From Nemertoderma westbladi (taxonomy: Eukaryota; Animalia; Xenacoelomorpha), in NCBI GenBank assembly GCA_032718475.1, contig JAUCBJ010008054.1, positions 1 through 64,000 on the forward strand: DNA of 64,000 nucleotides, written 5' to 3'. The translations under genes were made by a program, and so were the position numbers. Under the pieces are notes generated by a model. That model searched no databases, was not told the origin of the DNA, and saw nothing but the letters and a program-made list of their open reading frames with translations. Each line of letters begins with the position of its first letter. The stretch's first letter is position 1. This document shows, in pieces, positions 1-13,580 of this stretch.

Positions 1-213
1 TGCGCGTATTACTGATACGAAGTATCAGTAATCTAAATCAACAGCCTAAGAATACTCTATTTACTGTACGCTACAGCCTACAGCAAACAATCCGCGTATT
101 ACTGATACGAAGTATCAGTAATCTAAAGTAACAATAATCTAAGCTAACAGCCTAAGAATACTCTATTTACTGTACGCTACAGCCTACAGCAAACAATGCG
201 CGTATTACTGATA
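1..213. repeat. Short tandem duplication, ~90-105 bp unit, 2+ copies
   Basis: CGCGTATTACTGATA recurs at ~3, ~93 and ~199; the ACAGCCTAAGAATACTCTATTTACTGTACGCTACAGCCTACAGCAAACAA block occurs twice. Confidence 0.8.
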
Positions 214-2254
214 AACAACCGCGACCTCTATACTAACAGCAGAACTGTTGAACAGACCAATACCCGTTAATATCCTTCTGCCAACCTAATAAGTTCTCGT
301 CTAACCAATAAGACACAAAGACTGCTCTACTGTTAAGTAAAGGGGATCAGGAGCGTGCTATTACTAAATTGTAAGGGTTGCTAAATACAAAACCGCTACT
401 TACCGTTAGATGGCGCTAATCTGCCGTCCACTAATATATTTTACTAATTTTACACTACTCCTGCAAAATCGCTTGTTCCTTTCTCTACCGATCGCTCGAT
501 AGAGAGCTAACTGTTCGAATCTATGAGCCACGCGGGAATAACCAAAACAATAAACCCGAGTCGGCTCCCTAAGCTTACTTAAGACGAGTGCGAGAGGCCT
601 TGCACTCAGAGTATTCTTACGCCTAATTTTATCACTATTAAAGCACACTATTACCTACGTCTTTCTAATCGCGAATACTGGAGGTTCCCTAACGTAATGT
701 GTGAATGCGAGAATATTTAAAATATCAAAATGGTACAGTATCTGTTTCTACGTGGATAATACCACTCCGGGTCTAAAACTGCCCGCGACTGGCTTTAGGC
801 CAGCAAAATTACTAGCGTATCGTGCGTACCGAATAGTGCGTTCTAGCTGATTGTCCGCTAATGCAAATAACCGCTCAGCGTGAATAGTTTACAGTACACT
901 AATTATTACCTTAGCTACTCTCCGCTATGCTGCGTACTAATTCTTAATTTTTTACTAATTAATTACAGTCACAAATATTTAACAGCGTACTAATTACTAA
1001 GAGTTCCAGAATACGTAATTCTAATTTATCACGCAACAGGTTTCGCTAGTAATAGCCTAATTTGCCGTATTACTTTGACCTAATCAATAACTAATTATTG
1101 TAACTAAGAAATAGAAATCAATCAAAGGAAAAGAGCGCCTATCTAAGCATTCGTAATCTTAGGCACACTTCAATAACACACCAATCAGCGTTAGAAATCA
1201 CAGTTTACAATTGTGCAATTCACTACTCGTACTCCACACTCAACGTTGTAATACGCGCAGGCCTCTCCCGGGTACATCTAGGATTCCTAACTAACCCAAT
1301 TCCTGCCCCCTAATACTAAATAGAGACAAAACCTGGATCATCAGCCCCCTAATTTGCTGTACCGGCGATCGGTCTGCGTGCCGCAGTGCAAGTTACCCGC
1401 CCGCAACGGTGACCCTAGCCAGCGTTGCCCGCTTTGAATCCTCCGCTCTCTCCTAGTCGCCCAACCCCCCGATGCGCCCACCGCCCACTGGCACCTTAGC
1501 CCTCCATTACGCTAATAGCTACCGTAGCGGCGCATGCAAATCACAAAGTCTGACAGTTTCAGGAATCCCTTGGGATTATTGCGCAGAAAAGAATCACATA
1601 GAACCATCAATCAAAGGTAGAAATCATAGTTCGATTGTAATTTGCAGTAATCGAAGGAATTATTGAGAAACACAAGCAAAGTAATCGCACTAGCAAATCA
1701 TTCCAAGAAATTAATCAAAATTAGCAAATTGCAGAAAAATACAAAATTAGAGACAGCTCAGCAAGTAAATTGTAACAGGGGTGTATCATGTGACAGATTG
1801 ATGATAGGCTCTACCGGCACACCGCCAATTTATAGGTGATCCGGATGGGATGATGCAATAGGGTGACTCAATCGCTTTCTTATTGGCTCTCCAGTCCGTG
1901 CTAGCACTAGACCAACCTGGAAGCAGCTAGTCCAATAAGGAGGCCGGATTGTAGCCCTATTTGCTCCCTTTCCTCGAATTATTACCATATATGGTAATGG
2001 TTCACGTCTCTGGCTGCTGAATGGCCAGGACGGCGTCCCTATATGCTAGCCCTACTAAAGCTAATATCAGCAAGCACGGAATCCAGGGTCCGAATAAACT
2101 TACCCTGGAACTATCTACATATAACCTAATACAAAATTACGTAGGTAGAGCTACATACTATACAAAATGAATGGATGCAAAATATATGGGCGTTTTAACT
2201 TCCTTACCTAAATACCACTGCGTTATTATGCCTTATCTAAAATATCATGCTGCA

Positions 2255-2368
2255 CAACGGACTAATATTACATACAGTATAACGGACTAATATTGCATAC
2301 TGCATAATGGACTAATATTGCATACTGCATAATGGACTAATATTGCATACTGCATAATGGACTAATAC
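2255..2368. repeat. 25-bp minisatellite, ~5 copies
   Basis: GGACTAAT recurs at 2259, 2284, 2309, 2334 and 2359 (unit ATAATGGACTAATATTGCATACTGC). Confidence 0.85.
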
Positions 2369-2443
2369 TGTGGATACAGCGCCATATACCGTAACAAATT
2401 AGGTTGAACGAGCTGTATGCCTCGCAGTTGATCATGCTATTTC

Positions 2444-2704
2444 ATGGTCATTATCGTGGAATCAGATCTTCCCCGTAAGAGGTGGCAGACAGGTCGTATC
2501 ATCGAGACTCATATATCCGATGATGGTTTAGTGCGATCGGTAGAACTCGTCGTCATGCGACGTAACTTTAAGAAACCTGGAATTGTGTACGAAATGCAAC
2601 AAATTAATCGCCCGGTTGGTCGTTTATGTTTACTGGAAAGAGACCGAGAGTTGTCTGGTAACTATGGAAGGCAAGAGAGACTCTTCCCACGACCACCTCC
2701 CTAA
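2444..2704 (+). pseudogene. Bel/Pao LTR retrotransposon Pol C-terminal fragment (DUF5641-like)
   Basis: LPRKRWQTGRIIETHISDDGLVRSVEL...INRPVGRLCLLE matches the typical Bel/Pao post-integrase domain. Confidence 0.85.
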
Positions 2705-2752
2705 TCCAACAAACATCTAGGGACTCTCCAATGTAACAGCGTCTGGAGTGGG

Positions 2753-3243
2753 TGTGTGACCACATTATTTTATTTTTTTTATTTTTATATTTATGTATGT
2801 ATTATTATGTAATTTCTATTATTATAATCGTTTTCTTTAATTTTATTTAGTTGAATAATATTTTAATGATTATTCAGTAGATTAGTGCAATATTTCGTGT
2901 TTTATTACTTAATTACTTAGTATAATATATTTCGTTAACGGCGAGAAATAATTTCATTTTCTCTTTCCTTACTGTCCGTATCATACTATAAATACGTGAC
3001 TACAGTAAGATGAAATGTCGGTACTTATTAAAGTACAATATACCGCTCCTACTATACTTAAGTATTATTGGTAAAGTAGAGTATTAGGAATGCAAAGTTC
3101 AGATCCTCGTGTCTCGGCTAAACCAAGCTCTGGGTAGACCTTGGAAACGACTTGCCTCTTCTCACTGACATTGCTTCTTGCAATATTGCTCTCTACCGTA
3201 TCTTAAATAATACATATTATAGTAGAAAGATGTCCATTTAACA
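2753..3243 (+). mobile_element. Putative 3' LTR of the Bel/Pao fragment
   Basis: Purine tract GGAGTGGG then TG immediately after the Pol end; internal TATAAAT; candidate CA end at 3243. No second LTR copy seen, so boundaries are uncertain. Confidence 0.3.
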
Positions 3244-3935
3244 GTAGCGTTGAAGCGTGCAAAATAAATCTGTTAAACTTTTGACCATCTGAAATTCTAG
3301 TCGATTAAGATATCGCGGCACCCACCGATATACTTGAAAGACAAATTTCTAGAATCAGTGGTTAACGTCCCCAGACATGTTCTGGAATAAAACTGTGTCT
3401 ATTTTGATATCTGGGGTGGTATGCAATGCACCAAGCGATCTAATTAGTCTGAACTAGGTAACCTGTTCTAATTAGAACCAGCTCAGTCTAATCATTATGC
3501 ACCAACTTTAGACTAGCCTAATTTCTAGTCGAAATTCGAATAGAAATATTAGATAGCTAATAGGTGTTATTATAGTTTCTGCTCAGCTGCTGATATGTTT
3601 CCAATAGTTACGAGCCAAACAATCAGCAGATTTGCTATTCTATTCTGTTATTAATAAGGTTGAGTAACGAGGGCAATTAACTTTCGATTTAACGTAAAAA
3701 CTATTTACCATTAAGGAAGGTCATGGGAACAGCTCGCTACCCCCACTATATCGAATATTGAGCATAATTATTTAATGGCTGCTTTTAGGAACAAAGATAA
3801 TTTGATACCTTTATCACTCAAAATCTCAAAGTTTATTTAACTTATAGTGCTCAAAATATAAGAATTCGAAAGTAACAGGCTGTTTATTACGGTGGCCAAC
3901 AACGGACACAGTTAATAAAGAAATAACCTCAATTC

Positions 3936-4052
3936 GCGGCATGTTTAGTTTTGCCGTGAAATTCTGCGGCACGTTTAGTTTATGCCGTGAAATTTCACAG
4001 CACGTTTAGGTTATGCTGTGAAATTTCACAGAACGTTTAGTTTATGCCGTGA
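3936..4052. repeat. ~32-bp minisatellite, ~4 copies
   Basis: Repeated (C)ACGTTTAGTTTATGCCGTGAAATT motif. Confidence 0.75.
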
Positions 4053-4199
4053 GATTATATCTCTGAGCGGTGCATACATTTTGGAACGAAAACTACAAGA
4101 ATCGATAGAGGAAAACTCTTAGGAAACCTCTACCTCTAACCTTTAATAATCAAAATAAAAACTGAAATCGAATGCCCAGAAAAATCTGCTTAAGCTTAA

Positions 4200-5207
4200 C
4201 CCTTTGAGCCCTAAGGACGTATATATACGTCCTCAACAGTGTCCTAAGGACGTATATATACGTCCTGGTGTTAATTGCTGCCAATGGGGATGATTCAAGT
4301 TTAGGTTATTCTAGCAGTGTTTATCCATCGCTTAGGACACTATACTATCCGTTTTAGTTAAAAAATAGTGATCTGGTGATTGAGTTAGAGGTTGGAATTC
4401 AACCAATCAGTGATGAGCTCCTTTTCAGAGAAAGCAGGCTGCTTATTGAAAGCAGATTGATTGTACCTTGTACTGTACAGTAGGATATGGCAGAGGTTTG
4501 AATGAGTAGCCCTTGAGAATTCCAACCAATCAGAGTTTATTTCCCTGTCAAGCTTTCCACTGTAATAATCTACTTTGTAAATAAATAAATACATGACTGA
4601 AAAGTGAAAAATGAAAAGTGAAAACCTGGTATTCTTCATATTGGTGAATTACGTAATTGTATTTCGTAAATAGAATAATGGGTATGATGATTGTTCCTGT
4701 ACTAGCATCCTGGTGGATTATTGTGGTAATTCTGCAATAATGAAGCTATATTGCATTTTAGTATTACAATAATTATTCATTTATATTTATCATTCATTCA
4801 CAGTTTAGGGCTCCAGGGCTCTGCCTTGATAAATGCTTTGCAGATTATCATAAATAAGTAATATAGATTATACCGGTACCATAAATAGACCATGAAATAT
4901 AATAATATATATGATATAGTTCAGAAAAATAAATATTTTTTTCATTTTTTAATTTTCAAAATTTTTTTTTTTTAATTAAAAAAAAATTTTAATTAAATTT
5001 TTTTTTTTTATTTTTAAAAATTTAATTTTTTTTAATTAAAAAAATATGAAGAATATCAATCATGACACCTTTTAAGATAAAAGTCAAATCATTTTAAAAA
5101 TGTGTCATAACTTCTAGATGATTGGCAATGCCGTAAATGTGTTTTAAAGTTCGCTTAATTTTTAGGTTCTGGGGGGCTATTTAAAAAAGGGCCTAGTAAC
5201 CAAAGGG
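4200..5207. mobile_element. Non-autonomous piggyBac-like element
   Basis: TTAA|CCCTTTG ... CAAAGGG|TTAA (TTAA at 4196-4199 and 5208-5211); two subterminal palindromes AGGACGTATATATACGTCCT near 4214 and 4247. Confidence 0.75.
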
Positions 5208-6595
5208 TTAAAAAAACAAATTTTGAAAACAAAAACCAGGAATATTGAGGAATAATTTGATCAATTTATGAAAGATAAAGGGGCATAAATAGCGCCAGAA
5301 TTTTAGAATGTTTTCAAAACTACTGTCTGCCACACATAGTATCAACATTCTGTTCATATTTTAGTCATTTTTCGAAGGTATTTATTCAACTAAAACCACG
5401 AATAGCAAAAATCCCCATTCAAATATCTTAATTTATTCGCAAAAAATGTGACAAATTTCTGATTATGCCCTTACTGTATATGCAAGCCATATACAATGAA
5501 GAAACCAGCACCACACAACACAATACCAGCAGAGTACTGTAGTATTAATTAAGGTAACATCCATACAGTGCTAGACAGATAGCCAATGATAAATCTTTAA
5601 AAGAAATGCTGATCTGTGATTGGATTTGATACAATTGGAGCTAATCATTGTATTGGTTCTTCCAGTCTAATCTAATTAGACTGAACTAGGAATAGAATAG
5701 ACTGGAAAATGTTGGTGCATATAGAAATTAGACTGATCTAACTCTAGACTGAGTCTACACTAATTAGTGAACTAATTAAACTCATTCTATTCTAAATTGG
5801 TGCATATCACCCCAAATAATAAAATTCACTGGAATAAAATTTTAAATTCATATCCTCTCATGAATTTAATAAATTGTCATTTTATACAATTTATAAACAT
5901 TCCCAAAATTCCGTTAATTAATAGATCATGGGAGCGGAGATTCACCCTATTAAGTATATCAGTGTGAGAGAATCTCCAGTGTGCAGTCAATAGCCGATAA
6001 AATTCAGAAAATCATGTATAAGGGGAATATTGACAATTAAAGAGTCACTATTAAATAGCATCCCAGATCTGTATGCATGAGAAATACCCAAATTCTACGG
6101 CTAGTTTTGCATAATGTCACCATAGTAACAACCACGCTAGAATTAGAAGTGAGTTAAAAGAACAATAGAAAGCTTGCCACATTGAATAGCATGCGTAATA
6201 AATAGAACTTGCTAGTATCTAGGGATACATAATAATAACGTGGCATTCTGGAAGGCATTTGACTCATGGACAAATGGCCCTAATTTGTAAAAATTGTGGC
6301 AGGAATGTGGAATTTGTGTATTTATAGGTGAATGTTACTACTAAAGTGTGTTTACAGTAGCGAGTCGCAGTTGTGAAAGTTATCCTGCATCTGTAGCAAG
6401 TACCTCCAGTATATTCCAGCCCTTGGGACGGACAGTGGAGTGACTCGCGCTGGTTATTGTTGTCGTTGTGTAGCTACTATGTTGGCGTGAGGCACAGCGA
6501 TGACAGTACATCAGCGCTGAGGATCTCAGGGCTGTCCGGGGGCATAGAGGGGAAGGCAGCAACACCCGCTAGCCTTATTATTATTAACTATAATA

Positions 6596-8991
6596 TTGAT
6601 AAACTCATATAGCAGCTATGACGAGTTGATAGATGATGATCTTGGTATCAGGGAGCGATATACCCTACCACTGCAAGCGTTTGTTGATAGTTTGATAAGC
6701 GGCAACGCGAATCAACACACGACGGAAGACGATGGCCGTTATATCGAACTGCCAATGTCAAAGGAACAGCTCAAGCGTGAATTGGACTATAGAAAATTCA
6801 CCGCTCGCTATACGCATCGTAATGGCACGTATAAGGATTTCTTAACTACTGGTCATCCTATCGATTTACACGATACGGACGATGTAGACACCGAAAGGGA
6901 AATGATTCTATTTAAATATCATGCCCAGTGGAGTTGGAATGATAAACTGAGAATTGAACATGAAAATTCTATTCGAAACTGACTCGAAAGAGAATATGTT
7001 GAAGAACCGGATAAACGTAGTGACTTCAACGAATATTTAGAATTCTTGAGAGAAACTTATCTCAATGTAGCTAGTTAACAAAATCTAGAAACTCGATATC
7101 CTCAAGGTATACATCATAACCCTATGATAGAACTCAAACGACTCTATTTTACTATGATGTATCTTACCGACAATCAACCGCTACCTGTTGTACCGGATAG
7201 CTTCGAACAGATGGAGGAATATTGTTAAACTGGAGAAAGATCACCAGCGTTTCCCTTACAAGACGTGCGTCTTTGGTATTACTGCGGTGAATGCCCTAGA
7301 CCCAATCAACAAACAGAGAGACATAAACATCCGCGGAGACGTTGCACTAAACACAGTTTTACTCACTATACTTACGGGAGTTTTGAGCATAACTTGTTCG
7401 ACGTATCACCTACGCTCGCTCGACTCAAACGATCCTTAAATAAACCTATGATCAGAGTTCCGGAATGCTTGGTCAGACCTCCTCATTCCCTGGTGCGACC
7501 TCAGACTCTCTATCCTAATAGTATGATGGATCCTCCTGAGTTGTACTCATTGTTCAAAGATCTAGTGTTACCCAAACAATTAGTCGGTGGCACTCCGGTT
7601 GTGGGCGCTCTAGATATTTGCCCCTCCTACCTAGCCGGATTGGACATCTAATATCTCCATTCAACCCGTATAATCATCCCGGTTTAACTCCGATACAACC
7701 TGTCACCGAGGTGGAGGAAAGCATTGTACGAAACGCGCTAGATGCTATTCGGCAAAAGATCGGAAAAGGAACCTAAGATTGTTTAGACAAACGTAAATTG
7801 CAACAACAAGTCCAAGCGGTAAAAGAATTAGCTTTACCCCAGTTCGATCGTGAAATCCAGAATCTTGAGGAAGATATCGAACTTGGACGAACATACTCTC
7901 TACAAGAGTTCTTGGACGAACGCTTCCAACGACAAGCGGAGGAGAATCAGCTCGAGGAGAAGCATATCGAAATGGATGAGTGAGAAGAGGCAGCTTTAGC
8001 CCAACCTGAAGCTCAAATACTTATGACTGATCTCTATTCCAAAACCATCATTCATCCTTCGATGGTTCCCCATTTCGGAGATAAACTCTTCGCTACAGCA
8101 CAACCCCAACCGGTTGATATCAACTTAAGATCTAGAGATCTTATCGCTGACGCTCCTATGTTACAGCGTCCACCAATCGAGGCCGCTCGTGTCGACGGTA
8201 TACTCATTGAACCTCCGGACAATCGAGCGGATCTTGTCCGTCGTATGGTACACGAGGTCAACCTACGCGCTAGACCTTTACCGAACTCATTTTACAGGAT
8301 CAAAGATCACCCCAATTATGTCCATTTAACTCAATATTATATGGTGAAACCGGAAGATCCTACACATAGTTTAAAGTTTCTACAATTAATAAACCCCCTC
8401 GATTTGGTTGAACTCAAACAACTACAAAAACATTTAGATTAATTGGTTAAAGTAAACTAATTCAGAAAACCTTATAATGTTTCAAGAATAGAAAAGGACG
8501 TAATACCTCCGTATAATCTCGATGGATTTATATGAATTTATATGTATTGTTCAAGGAATAAAGAATACGTTGACTTGTTCATAAACTCACATCCTGAGTT
8601 ACAAGAAGTTCATAGATGACCATATGAATATAAAGCCAGAGAACGCGAATTAGAGAGAACAATCAAACCGAGGAAATTTCTCACTACACACGGTCAACCT
8701 ACCGCTGTTGGGCAAACGACCCATCAAGGACCAGTAAGAGCTGCTGTCCTGAACGAGCTCTAAAGGTTGTTTGCCCTCGTTCCACCGATGTTGACATCGA
8801 TCAACTGGGTACCTCGACCGGCGGATACCCCGACCGTAATCCAAAACCTTCTGATGCAATCGTATTGCACCCTTCCCCCAGGAGTTATAGCCCTCCTAGT
8901 AAAGTGGCGCGCCCCAAAGAGAAAAAGACACTTATTAGTCTCAAAAAACTTCGTAAATGCTGTTCACGAAAGAAGTGTTTTTGTATTTTAG
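6596..8991 (+). pseudogene. Decayed long coding region of unknown function, probably the extra 3' ORF of an LTR retrotransposon
   Basis: Succession of same-strand ORF pieces (6596-6982, 7265-7651, 7798-7983, 8023-8442) separated by stops, ending just before a purine tract and TG LTR-like start at 9044. Confidence 0.4.
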
Positions 8992-9043
8992 AAACTGTGA
9001 TTTTTTATACTTTATAGACTTAAATCCCATTTTCTGGGAGCGG

Positions 9044-10060
9044 TGTAAAAGCTTTTGCGGACATAACAAGTCATTTTTATACAATGCGCGGAATACTCTA
9101 AAATAGCCCTAAAATTGTTCAACTACGCGTCGGACAGAAATTAGAACCAAGATGACGAAATCTGTCAGCTGATTCTTTGTGTACGTGGAGATTCCTTTGT
9201 TTGAGCTTATTCGGCCAATCAGAGCAATCTTTCCAGTTATGCCAGTAGAGACCTACCTGAGGAAACTGGCGCATACGCTTAGTTATGGTTTTTTCTGAGA
9301 ATTAGATTCCTCTCAGAATTCTGTACTGAGTACGGTCGTTTTCAGACTTTGGCCCAAGAACATCTGATGGCCTTAGTTATAAGAACGTAAATCTATTACC
9401 ATGTCATACCACATCATCCGATGCATTGCACTAAACATAACTTACCTGGAACACATACTGACTGTTCACCGTACTGTTTTAATGCTGTTTTATATTGTGT
9501 TAATTGCTGTTTATATTAATGGATGTTATATTTGGAGAATACCGATAAATAATCGTAAACCCCTCAACTTTCTTGATTACTGAGGTAAGCAGAGGAAGGG
9601 TCTACTGGTAGCAACTGTGACTCAAATTATAGTGGTTTTGGGTGAATTAAATGCTATTTCATAATCCCTGCGTGTGTCAGTTGCAATCCTCCTTATATAC
9701 GATCAAAATCAGTGACGGTTGGCAAATTAGTGTGAATTAGTGTGTAGTAGTGTGAAATCATATGAAGGTTAATAAAGCATCTCCTAAAGAGTGCGCTATT
9801 TACGAAACTCCGTAGCCATCTAGTTGTGATTAGTGTAAGTCATAACTCTGTTTTATACTTAAAGCGCCATGTTCTAAAGGAACTGTTAATATTTCCCTGA
9901 AAGTAAATATAGTTGTCTAGAGATTATATAGTAGCAATCAATCGAATGATACAAAGTAGCCTACACCGCAATAACTTCCTAGGGAACCCGAATCCAGTCT
10001 TCCACACCCTGCGTCATACGCCGCGCACGGACTGGCTTCAGCGGATGTAAATTCAGTACA
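9044..10060 (+). mobile_element. Putative LTR
   Basis: PPT-like GGGAGCGG immediately followed by TGTAAAAG; CCAAT and AATAAA inside; candidate end CAGTACA at 10060. No partner copy found. Confidence 0.35.
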
Positions 10061-10909
10061 CCAGGTAATTGGTAAGGGCTAAAGTCGATTCATAATTAAA
10101 AGGACATTTAAATTGGCAGGTTAAACTGCTAAAGGTCTAAAAGCACGAACAATAATGACCTTGTCGAACTATTGAACGAACTGAAAAAAGTTATTACTGA
10201 AGAAAAGATATTACTCGGAAACTAAACGGGTTTGTGCTTAAAGCATATGTGTATGTATTTGTACTAATTCTCAACAGTTCCCGTGCATACCATATGCTAC
10301 GGGAAGTTGTCGAAATTGGTATGTTGTACCTATTTTGACCAATTTCCATAGCATACGGTATGCTACGGCAATTCCAATATTTTGAGTTATAATGGCTCAA
10401 CGGTGTAGTGGTTAACAGTGTTACAAAGGTAAAAGACCGTAAGTGCCTTAATTAAGTCAACAAGACTTGTGGTTTTGTGTCATTGCATAAATGATAAGAA
10501 ATTATACAGTTTTATTGAAATTTGTGTGTTTTAACTTGCGGTTTTTAAGTTTATTCAAACTTTAAATATTACATAATGAGCTCAGTAATTAGAAGAGGAT
10601 GTGGGGAGAGCCACGAGGGCCGACTGTCATGTGGGGGTGGGCCGTGCCCACAGTTTAGTATGGACCCGATCGGCAATGTCAATCTATCCGTCTGATACTA
10701 TCGGGTCCCACAGTCAGTCACTCATAGACAATCGATCTAAATTCCGGTCTGCAGTACGGAACTGGGGAACTAAATTGGACTCAGAGGGGCAACGTTTCAC
10801 CTGCCCCCATTGCAACAAAAAATATACTTCAGTGTTGTGGTTCAACCGTCATTGTGCGAAGTGCAACTAGCTAGACCCTAACTCATTCGTGGGTGTGTAG
10901 GGAATATTA

Positions 10910-13580
10910 ATACCGGTTCCTGAATGATATCGATATCTCCGTACCTGAACTGGACGTCCCAAAAGTATCTCTCATAGTCGGCATGGACTGCCCGACGGCC
11001 CACGAGAGACTACAGACCATATTCTGAAAGGATAGGGAGCGAGACCCGATGGCGATTCTCACGCCATTTGGATGGACACTCAGCGGCCCAATTAAGACCA
11101 GAATTCCGTTTAGCGTGTCGGAATCCTCAGGGTGCATGTTCACTGGCACAATGAAAGAAATGGAGGACGAAGGAGCAGAGGAGCAACTCAAGAGGCTGCT
11201 GCAGCAGGATTTCGAGGGGTTGAAGGAGACCGGGGTCGGGACCTCGGTGGAGGATAAGCAGGCTCTGAAGAGCATGAAGAACTCAATGAAGTGTGAAGGA
11301 GGGCGGTATACCATAGGGATGGTATGGAAACAACCGAAGTTACTGCTACCAGAAAACAAAAGGATGGTCTTGACGAGGCTTCGAAAGTTGTAACGAACAC
11401 TCAAACGGAGCCCTGAAAAGTATGAATATATCCACAAGACGATCTAGAAGTATGTGGATAGGGGGTGGGCCGTGGAGTTACCGGTCGATGAACCAAACAT
11501 GAACAGGACCTACTATTTGCCACTGCATGTGGCTTTGGACCCTAAGAAGGGCAAACTCCGGATGGTGGTTGACGCGTCGGCCAAGACTAACAGCAAGAGC
11601 TTGAATGACTACCTGCTGGAAGGCCCCAACATTTACAACTCGGGGATAGAGGTCCTGTTGAGATTCAGAAACTGGAAGCCAGCCTTTATGTGCGATATAG
11701 AAGGCATGTTCGACCAGGGCCGAGTGACGGAAGAGGACAGCGATAGTCAGCGCTTCCTGTGGTACAATGGCGACGAGGAACCGTCGGAGATACCGATGTA
11801 CAAGATGGTAGTGCAGAACATGGGGGCCAAATCGTCCTCATTCATAATGACTACAGCTGTGAGAGACACAGTGGAGGATAAGAAGGGAGAATACAGTGGG
11901 AATACAGTACGTCGACATGATTCGATGCGGATTCTATGTGGATGATGGGATGGGATCTGGAAACACAGTTGAAGAAATACTCGAGATAGGAGGTGAAGTT
12001 CGCGACATCCTAAAAGGATCCGGGTTCAACCTCACAAAATTCCAGTCCAATTCCAAGAAATTTATGGAGGCCATAGAAAATAAACGACCAGAGACAACGA
12101 TGGACAACCCCACAATGGCAAAGGGACAGATTATGGTGGATAAGAGGATGGAGCCATAGCAGAAGGCACTAGGGATCGTATGGAACCGGGAGACGGATGA
12201 GTTGGAGTATCAACTAAGTCAAGAGGGTGCCGAAATCCATACCAAATGAGGCTATGTGTCGTACATAGCGAGTATATACGACCCCCTAGGCCTGGCATCC
12301 CCACTGTTAGTCACGGGGAAACAAATACTAAAGAAGGTGCATAAGTTGAAGGATGATTGTGATGCGGAGATCCCGGAGGAGATAAGTAGACAATGGAGCA
12401 AGTGGACAGGAAGCCCAGAGGAGATGGGGACTTACAGTATGCCACGTGTATACTTCCCAGACGGAGACATGACCGATCTGGACCTACATATGTTTTCTGA
12501 CGCATCCTTGGAAGCATATGGAGCAGCACTTTATTTGGTACAGCAGAATGGGGATCATAAGCCCAGGCTTGCGTTTAGTAAAGCGAAGTCGATGCCACCA
12601 GATTCAGCATCGGTACCGAAACTCGAGCTAATGGCTGAGAGATTAGGAGTAAGGGTGACAGCATACTTGATGGACACTATACCCAGCATAGTGGAGACGC
12701 ACTACTGGACGGATTCCATGGTAGTGTTAGGGTGGCTACACAACGAGAAGACACGTTACCCTGTATTTGTGGCGAACAGGGTAGACGAGATAAGGGCAAC
12801 AACTGATCTGGAGAAGTGGCGCTACTGCCCAACCGACGACAACCCAGCAGATCTGCTATCGAGGGGCATTCTACGCCACGCTTTCTCGAGAAAGCAGGAG
12901 TTGTGGCAGCATGGGCCACCTTCCTTAATGATAAGTTGAGTTGGCCACCAATGAGGAAGATAAACCCAGGTGCGGAGGAAGTAGCAGTAGAGCAGGAGGG
13001 ATAGGAGTCGGATGGGGAAGAAATATACAGCCAATTGGCAAGGGAGATTAAGGAGGCGCCACCGAAACCGAGAGAACCATGCGACAACCCAACGGATAGG
13101 TTGCTCAGCTGGTATAAGACTAAAAAGTTGGTAGCATATTTGAGGGCCTATGGGGATTTCCTCAGGGGAGTTGGTAAGGATACCAAAACGAGACCCACTA
13201 TCGATCTGGAAGGGGCGGCCAAAGCCGTGATATGACACGAGCAAAGGAAGGGGTACGCGGATGAAGTAAACAGAGTCAGCAAGAAACAGCGCCTTCGTCA
13301 AGACAGCGAACTCAACGAGCTGCCGCCGCAATTGGACGATGACAGGATCCTGGTGATGAATTCCAGGGTGGTAAACAACGACAGCCCAGTTATTCCACCG
13401 AAACCGATAATAATCCCCAACAAGTCACCAATAGTCCACCAGATCATATGGGATTCCCATAAATCTATACTACATGGGGGTACAAATCAGACCCTGACGG
13501 AGATACGGAACACGTTCTGGGTTATCCAACTCAGAAAGATGGTGAAGGTGGTAGTGGGGCAGTGCCAGACCTGCCGATGG
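10910..13580 (+). pseudogene. Degenerate Bel/Pao pol (protease end, RT, RNase H, integrase H2C2)
   Basis: TPFGWTLSGP; YYLPLH...KLRMVVDASAK...SLNDYLLEGPN; CDIEGMF; FYVDD; IASIYDPLG; LHMFSDAS..AYGA; YWTDS; NPADLLSRG; HKSILHGG...CQTC. Multiple stops and frameshifts. Confidence 0.95.

Larger units (their letters stand above)
3413..5813. mobile_element. Non-autonomous TIR element (Harbinger-like MITE) containing a nested piggyBac-like insertion
   Basis: Left GGGGTGGTATGCA(ATGCA)CCAA; right TTGGTGCATATCACCCC (reverse complement GGGGTGATATGCACCAA). Both ends carry related CTAATTAG(T/A)CTGAACTAGG subterminal motifs. Confidence 0.55.

Noticed and set aside
1771-2397. Possible solo LTR (TGTAACAGG...CCGTAACA)
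   Set aside because: Flanks do not form a convincing TSD and no second copy is visible.
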